Source of the DNA: Felis catus
Lineage: Eukaryota
Direction of reading: 5' to 3'
DNA: 64,000 bases
NCBI RefSeq assembly: GCF_018350175.1
Contig: NC_058368.1
Span: 55,554,001 to 55,618,000, forward strand
Both the position numbers and the translations under genes were made by a program. Position 1 is the first letter of the stretch; each line of letters opens with the position of its first letter. Shown one piece after another: positions 12,901-25,461 of the stretch. The notes below the pieces were generated by a model. The model ran no database searches. It had not been told where the DNA came from and saw nothing but the letters and a program-made list of their open reading frames with translations.

Positions 12901-15141
12901 TAGAATGAGTGTCTACAGAGGGTAGATGGATATTTTTAGGTTATTAATGTTTTGATTTTCTTTTTTTTCTTAATGACTTTTATTTATAGTTTGGCTGAAT
13001 CTACTGACAGAACAGGGCTATAGAATAAACTTAGGGTTCAAATAGCATAACATGACTGAGCCTTATATAATTTTCAAATAGGACACCGATGTATCTAGGT
13101 TAAAAAAAATAAAAAAGGGTCCATCCAAAATTAATGGTTTGGTGCAATGGCATTCTCCCTGACACAATTAAATATTATTTTCTGTGTGTTCAACAAGTTT
13201 TCAGAAACACCTCAAACACTTCATGACTAAATTTATGCTCAGAATTCTATTTTGAGATGTTGATACAGTAGTCAGAGGGAAAAGAGAAAAGGTTAAAAAT
13301 TATCAATGACAAATATAAAAAAGTACATAATTGTAAAATTGCTGTAGTAATAAATATTAAAGCACAACTGTTACTTTGAATATTAATACATGTCAGAAAA
13401 TATTCTCCATAAGATGAATAGCAGGAACGTGAGTCTAATCTCGAAATTGAACTTTTGTTATTCCTCCAAATGGTGCAAGATAACTACTTATTTGATGAGT
13501 CCTAATGAAATGCTATAAAAAGAAATTAACTTTGTAAAGTCAAGTTCTTAATTAGAGAAATGAACAAATATTTTATGATACGAGGTTCGGTAGGTTGTAT
13601 TATTAATACAAGTTTCCTATGTAGCTTTGTCCTTAATAGAGACAGAATGAGAGGTTTCTCCTTTGAGGACTTGAAATAATTACTTCAAATCTCCAATTTT
13701 CTTCTCAAGCAAATGGATTAAGAAGATTAATGTATAATTAGCACTACCACAATGCCAGTTATACACATATTCTGGATTTTACATATTCATTTTCACCTTT
13801 CCTAGTACTTTCCATCATTGAATTTCATTCTGTTTCTATTAAATAGAATGAGTTGAAGTGGTAATACAAACTTGAAAATTGAATGAAACTTTTTAGTGTA
13901 GATAGCTGGTCAAGATTCTTTAAGCCTTACTAACATTGTATTTTTTTAAGTAGACTGGGTTAGGGTTTGTATTATTCATGTATCTGATTTATCCTTCCTC
14001 ATCACCCTAAAAATATCTAAGTTGACAACGGCAACAATAGCAAAAAAAAAAAAAGACTCTTAATCTGGTCATTTATGTCACTAATTTCTATTTTATTTAC
14101 ATTTCCACATGATACTCTGATAAGATGATTTAAAATTTTATCTCCTGACTTTTTAAAAAAAATATTTACACCTGTCAATAATTGTTCATGTATTTACTTT
14201 TAGTCTATGTCATGTAGGCTTAATAAAAATTCAAAAAGTATTGGAGATACAACATTATTTTAAGAAAGCTATCTTAAAAACAAATTGTGTTAGTAAGCAT
14301 CATGAGTAAAATTGTGAAATTTAATCATATAGAAGAAACTAAAGATTACCTCCAATGAAGAAATGCATATATGCCCACTAATTCAACAGATCCAAAACGT
14401 AGACACAGAGCCAAGTGAAAAGCTAACAGAAAATCATATTTCAACTAGGGAAGTGCTGCATTTATGAAGTGTCATCAAAAAATCCCCTTCTTTGGGTGAC
14501 GACTGCTTTCTTCCTCACTGAGAATATTTGTTTTCTAAACTCAGACCATCAGGAATTTTGCTATTTGAAGTGATATCAGTAATGTATAATTTCATTCTCA
14601 GCTGGAGGATATAAGTCACTTTGACATGGAGAAAAGCACTTCAATTTATAACCCAGGTGCAAAAGCTTCAGATAAAAATTTTCTGGATAGCCTTTTCCAT
14701 ATTTACCTTAACTTTGTAGTTTTTCAGGAAAAAAGATCTTGAGTTCACTTTGCAATCCAGGCCAGATGGTGACTTTACACACAGGCCTGCTTTGCCTTAA
14801 GTCTCCTTTATTTAAATTTTATTTAACTTCAGTCTTCCCTAAAAAACATTTATAATTATATTTTTCCTTTTTTGTGTGTGAGGTAGCCATTGGATCCTCT
14901 GGATTGAAATCTCCCTCTTTGAATTGGATCAATACACTTTACTTTTTTAGTCTAAAGGTTTGTTCCTGATGGTCTTAGGCTAATTGGGCTTGGAAGGAAG
15001 TAAGCTATTATTTATAAAAATAAATAGGGAAAAGACCTTTTGGTAGCTTCCAATGTGATAAACTTTAAATGAACGAGATGAAGAGAGAGAAAGACAAATA
15101 AGGATTATAACACTACTAATTTAGAACTTTGGAATTTTTTC

Positions 15142-15170
15142 TTTAATTTTTAAAATGTTTTTTAAGCTTA

Positions 15171-15255
<85 letters not shown>

Positions 15256-15429
15256 GAGACAATACTAGTGGGAGAGGGGCAGAGAGCCAAGGAGAAACAG
15301 AATCTGAAGCAAGTTCCAGGCTCTGAGCTGTCAGCACAGAATCCAAAGTGGGGCTCAAACTTGTGAACCAGGAGATCATGACCTGAGGCAAAGTTGGATG
15401 CTTAACCAACTGAGCCACCCAGGCGCTCC
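15142..15429 (-). mobile_element. Feline SINE with expanded microsatellite linker
   Basis: Reverse head tgagccacccaggcgctcc; linker expanded to (TG)n(AG)n. Confidence 0.93.
15173..15252. repeat. Compound microsatellite (TG)23(AG)17
   Basis: Read directly from the sequence. Confidence 0.95.
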
Positions 15430-15497
15430 TGAAATACATACATATATATTATACATATAATATATATATGTATAATATATATGTATATACACACACA

Positions 15498-15691
15498 TTT
15501 ATTTTTGAGAGAGCGCATGCACATGCAAGAGAGGGTGAGAGTGAGTGGGGAGGGGCAGACACGCCCCCCCCCCCCAAACACACACACTCCAAAGCAGGCT
15601 CCAGGCTCTAAGCTGTCAGCACAGAGCCTGACGAAGGGCTGGAGATCATGACCTGAGCTGAAGTCAGATGCTCAAGTAACTGAGTCACCCC
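15498..15691 (-). mobile_element. Feline SINE, internally deleted
   Basis: gcaggctccaggctctaagctgtcagcacagagcc...tgagtcacccc. Confidence 0.9.
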
Positions 15692-15813
15692 AGAACTTTG
15701 AAATATTTTTAAAAATTAAGTGAGAAAATGTATTTTTGGCCATGGATAGAATGGCAGTTATAATATAGACCAGGAAGTATTAACTGATATTAATTAGAAA
15801 TGAGGACATAGCT

Positions 15814-16020
15814 GGGGCTCCTGGGTGGCTCAGTCGATTAAGCGTCTGACTTCGTCTCAGGTCATGATCTCACGGTTTGTGAGTTTGAGCCCTGTGCCAG
15901 GCTCTGTTCTGACCGCTCAGAGCCTGGAACCTGCTTCAGATTCTGTGTCTCCTTCTTTCTGTCCCTCCCCCACTTGTGCTCTGTCTCTCAAAAATAAATA
16001 AATGTAAAAAAAATTTTTTT
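15814..16020 (+). mobile_element. Feline SINE
   Basis: Head ggggctcctgggtggctcagtcg; TSD AATGAGGACATAG at 15799 and 16024. Confidence 0.96.
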
Positions 16021-16090
16021 AGGAATGAGGACATAGGATAACCTAATATAAAATTTGGTGAATCAGTCAAATCTCTAAAACACAAGTTAA

Positions 16091-16309
16091 GGGGCGCCGG
16101 GTGGCGCAGTCGGTTAAGCGTCCGACTTCAGCCAGGTCACGATCTCGCGGTCCGGGAGTTCGAGCCCCGTGTCAGGCTCTGGGCTGATGGCTCAGAGCCT
16201 GGAGCCTGTTTCCGATTCTGTGTCTCCCTCTCTCTCTGCCCCTCCCCTGTTCATGCTCTGTCTCTCTCTGTCCCAAAAATAAATGTTGAAAAAAAAATTA
16301 AAAAAAAAA
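16091..16309 (+). mobile_element. Young feline SINE (SINEC_Fc)
   Basis: CpG-rich; perfect TSD TAAAACACAAGTTAA at 16076-16090 and 16310-16324. Confidence 0.97.
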
Positions 16310-16666
16310 TAAAACACAAGTTAATATATTCTGATTAATACCCAGTATTTTTATATCAATTAAGAGTAGTGTAGAGTGTATGTATATATTTTATAAATTA
16401 TATCTCTATATATGTATCCATGGATATCAAGCTTGTTGTCTTTTATATATATTTTATAACTGAAAGGTGGTAAAGGAAGCTTCTCAAAATATGTCTTTGT
16501 AGTAGTTTCAAAAGTACTTCTAATTTTATGTGTTCACTTGGCACAACACAGGCAACATGAAGAAAATGTTGCCCCCAAATGGGACACTTTGAAAGCAATA
16601 GTAATTGTAGATCTCTCTTTCACTCACTCTCCTCTATATCAACAATTGATGGTATTTGATAGTTGC

Positions 16667-16833
16667 TTTTTTGTAATGTTTGTTTATTTTTAAGAGAGAG
16701 ACAGAGTAAGAGGGGTGAGGTGGAGAGAGAGAATTCCAAGAGGCTCCTTGCTGTCAGCACAGAGCCCGATGTGGGGCTTGCCTGAGCTGAAACCACAGTC
16801 AGACGCTTAATTGACTGAGCCACCCAGGTGCCC
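16667..16833 (-). mobile_element. Carnivore SINE, internally deleted
   Basis: Reverse head gactgagccacccaggtgccc; T-rich tail. Confidence 0.9.
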
Positions 16834-16847
16834 TGTTAGTTATTTTT

Positions 16848-17057
16848 AAAAAAAATTTTAAAATGTTTGTTTATTTTTGAGAGAGAGTGAGACAGAGCAT
16901 GAGCAGGGGAGGGCCAGAGAGAGGGAGACACAGAATCAGAAGCAAGCTCCAGGCTCTGAACTGTCAGCACAGAGCCCAACGTGGGGCTCGAACCACAGAC
17001 TGTGAGAGCATGACCTGAGCTGAAGTTGGACACCCAACTGAGCCACCCAGGTGTCCC
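16848..17057 (-). mobile_element. Feline SINE
   Basis: Reverse head actgagccacccaggtgtccc; gagggagacacagaatc. Confidence 0.93.
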
Positions 17058-17489
17058 AGATAGTTGGCTTTTAATAAAACATGCTGCATACCTTGATTTT
17101 CTGTTTTATAATTCCAATAAGTGAATGTGCCCAAGACTGAAGATTTGCATATCTTGATTTGATGTTGTGGAATCAAACTGTATATGATGTTCAGAGAGCT
17201 GTGTTGGTAAATGCGTAAGGCTATACAAGTTTTATTGAGGAGCTGGAGTGGAAATACCAATTTCAGTGATAGGTGTGGCTTAATAAAGAAGGAAGTATAT
17301 GTAATGAGTTGGAAAATAACTGAAGTGAGTTGAAAGGTATTCAGAATAAAAATGCAGAGAGAGAGGGAGAACACGGAGCCTCCGACATTTAGATTTATCC
17401 TCACTTTGAAGCCATGGATTTTACTGGGTATTGTGGAAACTCAATCTATTTTTTTTTTTTAGAGTACTTCAGGGGATCTGGATACACTG

Positions 17490-18720
17490 TCCCAGGTGGG
17501 GAGCTGGGGAGTTATGCTCCAACTTTTCAAAGGAGGAATATCTACATAAATTATTTGGGATCATTTTGCACAAGATAATTGCCCAGAGTCCCTCATGTAT
17601 TTTTATCTAGTCATTTATTAATGTCAGTGTGGAACAATGGCATTCATTTCCCAGGACTGCTATAACAAATTTCCACAGACTTGGCATTTTAAAAGAACAG
17701 AAGTGTATTTTCTCACATTTCCAAGGCCACAAGATTGAAACGAAACTGTGGACAGGCCCACAGTAGCTCTGAGGCCATCAGGGAAGAATCCTTCCTTGTC
17801 TGTTCCACCTCTGGTAGCTCTTGACATTCCTTGGTCCTTCTTGGCTTGTAGTTTTATCATTCCAGTCTCTGCCTCCATCTTCACATCACCTTCTCTGTAT
17901 CTCTTTCATGTCTCTCCATGATATTTCTTTTTCTTATAAGGACAGCTGCCGTTGGAAATGGGACCCACCCTAAATCCAGGGTGATTTCATCTTGAGGTCT
18001 TTAACTACTTACATCTGTGAGACCTTGTTTTCAAATAAGGTTGTACTTACGGGTACCAGCTTTCAAGACTTAAACATACCTTTTACGGGACACGATTCAA
18101 CTTACTACACTCATGAATATATATTTTGTATTTGGGTTATGATCTAATGCTACTTTAATTATTCTGTGGCTCAAATTGTCCCAGCTTTGGAAATTGAGAC
18201 TCATCCAGTTGATTCCTATGTCACTTTGACCTACCTTCATTAGTATGGGGATTTTTTTTTTCAGCTGTATCTGACTTTCTGATAGAATAAGATGGTTAAG
18301 GCTCATCCTGTATATTTCTCCTTCCAGTCCTAGAATGAACCGTTTCTCCAAGGAATCCTGGTTTATTTTACTGGAGGATGGTTTTGGGAATCAAGATATG
18401 CTGGATGTGCTCACTGCTACAGGGGTGTTGTTGCTTCTGGGTCCTGTCTGCTGAGGATGCAGGGAATTGTATGAGTGCCTGGTAATCTCCGTATATGCAC
18501 TTCACTGTGAATATTATAACTCAAACATGAGTTTATACTAATGTCTCCAAGTCTGTTGTATTACCATATGGATCTTTCTAGCTTTCTTCCTTTGCTTACC
18601 TGTAACATCCCACTCCAACAGTGAAAAATCTGGCTCCCGCCATCTGTCATTACTTAATCTTTCAATTCTAGTATACATATATTGTGGCTTCAGAATTGTT
18701 AACCTATACCCAGTTTTAAG
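17490..18720 (-). mobile_element. Old LINE-1 3' UTR fragment (L1MC/MD-like) split by an LTR
   Basis: atctacataaattatttggga...; resumes after the LTR with gctcaaattgtcccagctttgg, ggctcatcctgtatattt, tttctccaaggaatcctgg. Confidence 0.6.
17638..18109 (-). mobile_element. MaLR solo LTR (MLT1C-like)
   Basis: ggactgctataacaaatttccacagacttggc, ccagtctctgcctccatcttcaca, cacgattcaacttactaca. Confidence 0.85.
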
Positions 18721-19799
18721 TACTTTTAAAATCACACCATTAGGAAGACAGGCTTCTAGAGAGTGTTTCCATCTGAGAGGCATGAATATGCCAAGTAAAC
18801 AACTTGCAGTGCCATGAAAATTTGGTAAAATACCACACCCATGTCATTTTCATCACTACCACCACCACCAGTGACTAAACAGAACTTCGATGTTCAAGGC
18901 AAAATTACCCCATACCTAGATTCCATATTAATATCCAGTCAAGTGAAGATTCAGAGCCCAATTAATTCATGGCAAGTAAACTACATAAAACATAACCATT
19001 AATGTTTAGAGCCTTGCCAGTTTTTGGCATACGATTGATTATATTTTACTCTCATACCTATTTTGCCAGTTACCACCATATACCAGAAATCTTTACCAGT
19101 AAACCCTCAGTACTTCTATACTAGTCACTATGTATCTCTGTATATTCCTTCTTCTTATCTAAGCATCTACATCTCTTGAACTTCTAGCATGCTTATTTTA
19201 GGCCCTCTGAAACTCACATATTGTCAGAGCCATCGCCTGCAATATCTCTAACAGGTTGTGTAAAGGTTTCATTTTCTGACTTGAATAACCTGAAGCTAGG
19301 CCCTGGTCAAAGGCCCTTAAACAACTCCCACAAACCTCCTCCTTAGCCTGGAAGTAGTTTGCGTTCCTCCTAGTTCTTGCTTGTCATTTCTGGACTAATC
19401 TCCCTCATTCGTCTCTAAAAAAACACCAAATTTTAAATCTATAAATATAACTCAAAACTTTTCCTCTTTGCAGTAATATGCAGCCTTTTGTTAACTGTTC
19501 CTTACTCCTCTAAGACAGTGGCTCACTGTGGTGATCTCAGATTGTGCTTTTGTCAGAATTCCTGGGGATTCTGAAGTCATGACACTTGTTCCAATACCAA
19601 CACTCTCAATTGATTGCCCTCTTCTCCAAGATTTGTATTCTTCTTCCTTCCTTGGCAACTTTCCATATCATACTTTTGCCATCGCCAGTAATTTCAAATT
19701 TAATACATGTATCATCTCAGTTTCTAAGATAATATTCTCTGAATTCTATTCTCTAAACTTGGTATGCATAAATTTAGAATACTGTTTTCTTGTGAAAAT

Positions 19800-20582
19800 T
19801 ATCTTTTACCTTTAAGCTAAATGCACCATTTTCTCCAGCAATGTTACTTAAGCTACACATTTGGTCTGATATTACTATTACTGCATTCAGTTACTGACTC
19901 AGTAGATATCTAAAAATATTTCAAACTTAACATGTATAAACTGAAATCTTGCACTTCCTCTATATATTCAATCATTCTAAATTTCTGCCATTTTAATAGT
20001 GACTCTGTTCTTCCCATTCCTTAAATCAGATTTTTAGAGTATTATTTCTAAGTCTTTCATTCTCTTTTTTTTTAAAGCAAATTCCATTAGTTTTACAGTC
20101 ATATGTGGAATATGATGATTCATTGCCACCTCCACAGTTGCCACCCTGTATGAATTCACTGCATACCGTCTGTCATATGGATTATATCAGTAGTATCCTA
20201 ACTATTCTTCCAGTTACACCCTTTGTCCTTCACAGACTATGCTCAAAAAGATAACCGAAGTCATTGTGTTAAAAGATTAATCATGTAACTTCCCAGCCCT
20301 ATCTGAGTATATGATAAATTTCTTTCTAGCTTTGTCTTTCTTTATTCTCCTTAGTACCATATGAGACACTGTAACATTGTGTATGCGTGTGTGTTTGTGT
20401 GTGCATGTACATGTCTGTGTGCATTTGTTGATTTCTTCACTCTCTAAACTATAAAGTCCATGCAACATGAACAGAGAGCTTATTCTTATTAACTCCTCTT
20501 TTAATTAATTAACTCCTCTTGTACAATGAACAGGTCTGGTGCATATTAGGCACTCAGAAATATCTATTGAATGAATGAATGA
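19800..20582 (+). mobile_element. LINE-2 3' fragment
   Basis: tcaaacttaacatgt and terminal taggcactcagaaatatctattgaatgaatgaatga typical of L2 ends. Confidence 0.7.
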
Positions 20583-22439
20583 TGTCTCTACTTCTCTGTT
20601 CAAGGATACATAGTTTCCTTCCTCTGGCAGGACTTGGCAATTTAAGAATATAAATTGATATGTTATTATTCTCTAATTGTCCACAATAGTTGTTTTCATA
20701 ATAATGGGCAATTTAAATCTTGAGAAAAAAAAGCATGCATTTAATTATTTGTATTTAGGGACCAACATTGGTAATACAGTGTTCCCTATGTAATTCACTT
20801 CCTTATCTCTTAAAACATAATGAAAACTATAAGCATAATAGTGTATTAAGTATAAAGAGAAGGCTGTCATAAGAAAGTTCTATTCTGACAATTAAATAAA
20901 CAAATTTATTGGTAAGAGCAGTTATTAAAGATACATATTGGTGATGTGAAGATCTAAAATGTGATCAGTTCTTAATATTATATTTAAAAAATTCAGTATA
21001 TAGTGAATTAATTGAATTTTTAAAGTCTGGGACAACAAAATTAACTGCCACTTATTGAATTATAGCTATCAGGAAGGATCTTTAATGAAGAGATTAAAAA
21101 TAAGATCAGGGAAAAGCAGTTATACTTCTAATACAATGAAGTTGAAATTTTGAGTCTGAATATATGCTCTGATAAAAAATATTACAAAGAACCACTTAAA
21201 TCAGGAGACCAACAGTCAGGGAAAGGTTATCTGCATTATTTATCCTTGATTTCTTTTAATGGAAATAGCTATTTCTTTAAAAAAACTTGTTTCATTTTTT
21301 ATCTTCTTGAAGATTACTCAGCCAGCAAAATTAGATAAGCCAGACTACTTAATATTATTATCCACAAATTTATCCTTTTGTCAAGTATTTATTGATTTCA
21401 TACTATCTCAGACATTGGAGATGCTAATGTTTTTACTCCCCTTGATCTTACCCAAAAGGCGGAGAAACGATTAGAGATGCTAATTTTTTTAAGGTGAGCT
21501 ATTATGTTTATATAGATTCAATTATGAATTTTGAGCTACCCAAAGCAATTCACATGAAAGTTATTGAGAAACAAACTGTTTATTACTAAAATTAAAGGCA
21601 TATGATTAAGAGATTCATAAATGAGGACTTCTTGGAGATTATAGATAAGAAATAAATTAAAAAGTTGAAGTTTGAACTAGTTCTTTAAAAAAATATATAA
21701 TATTTTACCAAAAAATTCAGCAATATCCTCCTCATTCAAAAAAGGAATTTCAAAGGTATGGAAAGGCATAATATATTTGGAATGGCAAAAAAGTTCAGTG
21801 CATTTGTTTCCCTAAATAAAGAGGCCCATACATAGAAGACAAAGGAAGTCAGGCCATATTAGAATTTGAATTTTTATTGCACATGCAAACCATATAGATT
21901 TCTATATAAATAAAAAAAAGTGACCATAAGACATGATTATATTTTTAAAAGCAACCATTTAATTTTAAAAGGTATGTATCTGATTTTAGTGAACATCATT
22001 TTTCATATCATTTAATATTCTCAGAAGGTATCAGCAGTGCTTAGAGAGCAGAGCAGATGCTCCTCATACTATTTTTAATGAAAGTGTGGCCTTCCTCCAT
22101 GCAAATGGCCTCAGGGTTGCCTGTGCATCTTAGAGAAGGTAATGTCTCCTTCGTGCTCACCTGTGTTCTACATGAGCTAACAATGAGAGGAAAAGAAAAT
22201 AATTTCCTAAGCAATTCTACAGAAGGGAGATTGGCAATGAACATTATGAAAAAGAATTTAAAAAGTCTATTCCCAAAAAACTGTAAGGAATATGCCATGA
22301 CCTATGAAAAGTTAGACATTTAAGTTGCAGAAATATGAAAATGGAAATTAAACATGTGTAATCAAAGAAAGCCATCTCCAATTAGCTTGTATTTTAAAAC
22401 TTTTAAAAATGTGTCTTATAGTTTCTGAAAGTGAAGCAT

Positions 22440-22845
22440 GTTACTTAGAATAAACTGTTATAACACAAAATTCAAAATATCTCATCACTTACTACAAGAG
22501 AAGTTTTTTCCATTCCATTCTTAACAGTTTGATAATGATATTCACTGGGTAGCCTTTCCTGTATAGATACAGGGATCCAGGTTTCTTCTATCTATGCAGC
22601 ATTACCCCCCTTAGGGTCTCAGACTCTGTATCATGTGGTAGGAAAAGAGAACATGAAGGAACTTGCAGGAGGATATTATTGTATGGGTTAGTCCCAGAAG
22701 TGACCATATTGTTTCCATTCACTTCACTTTGGTTATAACTCGGTCACCTGACCATACCTAGTAGCCAGGAAGATTGGAAAAATAGTCTGCCTCTTCCTGG
22801 GAAGAAGAGGGAATTGTTTTTATTGCTCATAAATCTCTCTGTTGT
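22440..22845 (-). mobile_element. Old MaLR LTR (MLT1J/K-like)
   Basis: cagggatccaggtttcttcta, ggtcacctgaccataccta, ggaaaaatagtct. Confidence 0.6.
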
Positions 22846-23417
22846 GTATCTCCTCATCTGTCTGCTCATGACGAAAAAGATTTCACTTCTTTCAACCAGG
22901 AAATATACTCACCTTTCCCCAAGGGAAACAACCCAGAGTCATGTGTGTTTACCACATCCAACTCAAAGTCCAGGATCTGGGTGATTTGCAGACTGTGATA
23001 TATGGATGAGACTTATTTTGTCTTGTGACCTGTGATCTAAAGAAAGAAAACCTGTTATCTATAATACAAAGTTCCATTCTCATACATAGCCCATGCACAA
23101 TAGAGCAATAGAGACAAAATTCACAAAGAGGAAACTAAGCAAAACAAAACGCAGTTTGGAAAAAGAGTGAGAAACAACATAAAAGCTATTGGTCCATCTC
23201 AACTTGGAGTGGTAGATAAAAATTCTTTGATTAGTCCCTGTTTTTGCTCCCTGGGAAGGGTTTCTTTACTAATTGTTCTCAGATACTGGTTTTGCCCTTT
23301 GGGAGGGTTCTTCTTTTCTATTAATCTTCGTGTCTTTATTTATGTTGGGTGTTATAGATATGTACCTATGGCTGTTACATGTTTGAGAACCTGCATGTTA
23401 TTTAAAAACACAAATGA

Positions 23418-23638
23418 GGGGCGCCTGGGTGGCTCAGTCAGTTAAGCATCCAACTTTGGCTCAGGTCATGATCTCACGGTCTGTGAGTTCGAGCCCCGTG
23501 TCGGGCTCTGTGCTGACAGCTCAGAGCCTGGAGCCTGCTTCAGATTCTGTGTCTCCCTCTCTTTCTGACCCTCCCCCGTTCAAGCTCTGTCTCTCTCTGT
23601 CTCAAAAATAAATAAACATTAAAAGAATTAAAAAAAAA
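23418..23638 (+). mobile_element. Feline SINE
   Basis: Head ggggcgcctgggtggctcagtc; perfect TSD TAAAAACACAAATGA at 23403 and 23639. Confidence 0.97.
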
Positions 23639-24020
23639 TAAAAACACAAATGATTTGGTTTTTTTTTCTTGTATTATGTCTAGTCTTTTCTCTGGCAATG
23701 CAGTTAATTCAAAAATTACCGGGTATCTTGTGATCTGTTCCCTGTTTGTCAGTTCCATGTGTCAGTTAACCTACCAGTTTTCTATTAGACATAATTTTTA
23801 ATCTGTTATATTTTGATTATTTACCCCCTGCTTCAGTCTCTCAATTGTGATTATAAAACTACTTGACATAATAGCCAAGGTGGAAAGACATATACCATTT
23901 ATTTTTGTACCCTGGCTGATTTGTTTTGTGCTCCAGTACTTCCGTGAGGATTTTGACTTTTACTTTGTCCCTTTCAATATTTATGATCATTCTGACTTAT
24001 TGGAAACACTTGTCCTGGAG

Positions 24021-24190
24021 GAGGGTTACTAAATTAGTGCCAGTGGGCCAAATCTATCCCTGCCTATTCTTTTGCAAATACTCCGTTGATACTTTTCATT
24101 ACAATAGAGTTGGGTGGTTGTGACAGAGATCACATGACATTCAAAGCCAAAGATATTTATCATCTGATCCTTTACAAATAGTTGACCCCT
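24021..24190. mobile_element. hAT MITE (MER58-like)
   Basis: gggccaaatct...gttgtgacagagatcaca...aagccaaagatatttatcatctgatcctttaca...gttgacccct; degenerate TIRs. Confidence 0.75.
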
Positions 24191-24429
24191 AACAGATTCA
24201 CTCAGCTCATTGTATTTTTTCCAATTTAGCACAGATAACATTTTATGGAATGTTTTTACAGCACATAAAAGGGCTTTCTGCTTCTCACCTTGCTATGTAT
24301 GTTTCTTTGCCTTTTGTCTCCCACCTGCCAAACTCATGTCACATATTTCAGATTGTATTGGGGTAGCACCTCTCTTGTCTGTTATACAGTGTAAGTTGTA
24401 ATAAGGTTTCCAGATATCTTAGGGACAAG

Positions 24430-24783
24430 AAAATGGAAGGTTTGCCATTATGTTCTGTTGTTTTCATTGATTATCCAACAGTTCAATATGTTTATTTTGC
24501 ATATAGCCTTCCACTCAGTACTTCAGGGATCTGTTCTCCTTCTAGCCTGTGATTCTATCATCTGTTAAGAATTGAGTCCACTTGCACTCCTGGTATTAGA
24601 AAATAGAGGGAAAAGGAAGAGAGGTAGGTCACATATGAGGTATTTATGGGTTGATTCTGAAGATGACATACATCACGTCTACATGGCCACTCCTGACTGC
24701 AGGTGAGAATGGGAAATTTAATCTACTTCTATAGCCAGAAAGAAGATGTTGGTTTTGATAAGCACATGTACTCTCTGCTGCAA
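24430..24783 (-). mobile_element. Old MaLR LTR (MLT1J/K-like)
   Basis: ttcagggatctgttctccttcta, acatggccactcctgactgcagg, tgggaaatttaatct. Confidence 0.55.
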
Positions 24784-25246
24784 GAAGACGTTATATGTAG
24801 TGTCATTCACTAGATGTAGTATATGACTTAAGTAAACTATAGCCAGTAGACAGGTAATTTCTCCTAGCTAAATTTAAATTTGCAAATTGTAAACTCTAAA
24901 TAATGAGCAAAAATAATTAGCATAAGTTTTTGGAACTTAAAAATTTTTTCTATTTTTTCTATATATCCGTTTTCACACAGATAATTTGTATCTCTGCGTT
25001 TGTAAAATGATTTGCATTAAAATAATCTAAGTTGAATGATTTTCAGTACCAAATATCAATTGGAATAATTGTTCAAGGAGGTAGGGCTTGGTTTGATGTC
25101 AAAATATATCGGGCATGGGACCAGTCATGTGGCCATCTTGTATATCCTGTTAATTCTTTGTTCTCTAAAAATTGGGCCTGTCAGAGACAGTTGAAATTGT
25201 GAGGAAACAAAACCCATTCCTGTGAAGGAAGCATCAAGCTACACTA

Positions 25247-25461
25247 TTTTAATTTTTTTAATGTTTTTTTTTTTATTTTTGAGAGAGAGGGAGAGGGAGG
25301 GAGGGAGACGTGGGGGAGGGGAGGGACAGATAAAGAGGGAGACACAGAATCCAAAGCAGGCTTCAGGCTCTGAGCTGTCAGTACAGAGCCCTGTGCGGGG
25401 CTTGAACTCATGAACTGAGCTGAAGTCAGATGCTTAACTGACTGATCCACCCAGGCGACCC
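25247..25461 (-). mobile_element. Feline SINE
   Basis: gggagacacagaatcc...actgatccacccaggcgacc. Confidence 0.93.

Noticed and set aside
14350..14425. Possible minus-strand exon ending TGGAG|gtaatc
   Set aside because: Weak acceptor, unrecognised peptide, no partner exons.
16091..16175. tRNA gene (A-box and B-box like motifs)
   Set aside because: It is the tRNA-derived head of a SINE followed by CT linker, A-tail and TSD; the same applies to all other copies.
22041..22323. Overlapping 85-aa and 88-aa ORFs in non-repeat DNA
   Set aside because: No recognisable domain or convincing splice context; chance length.
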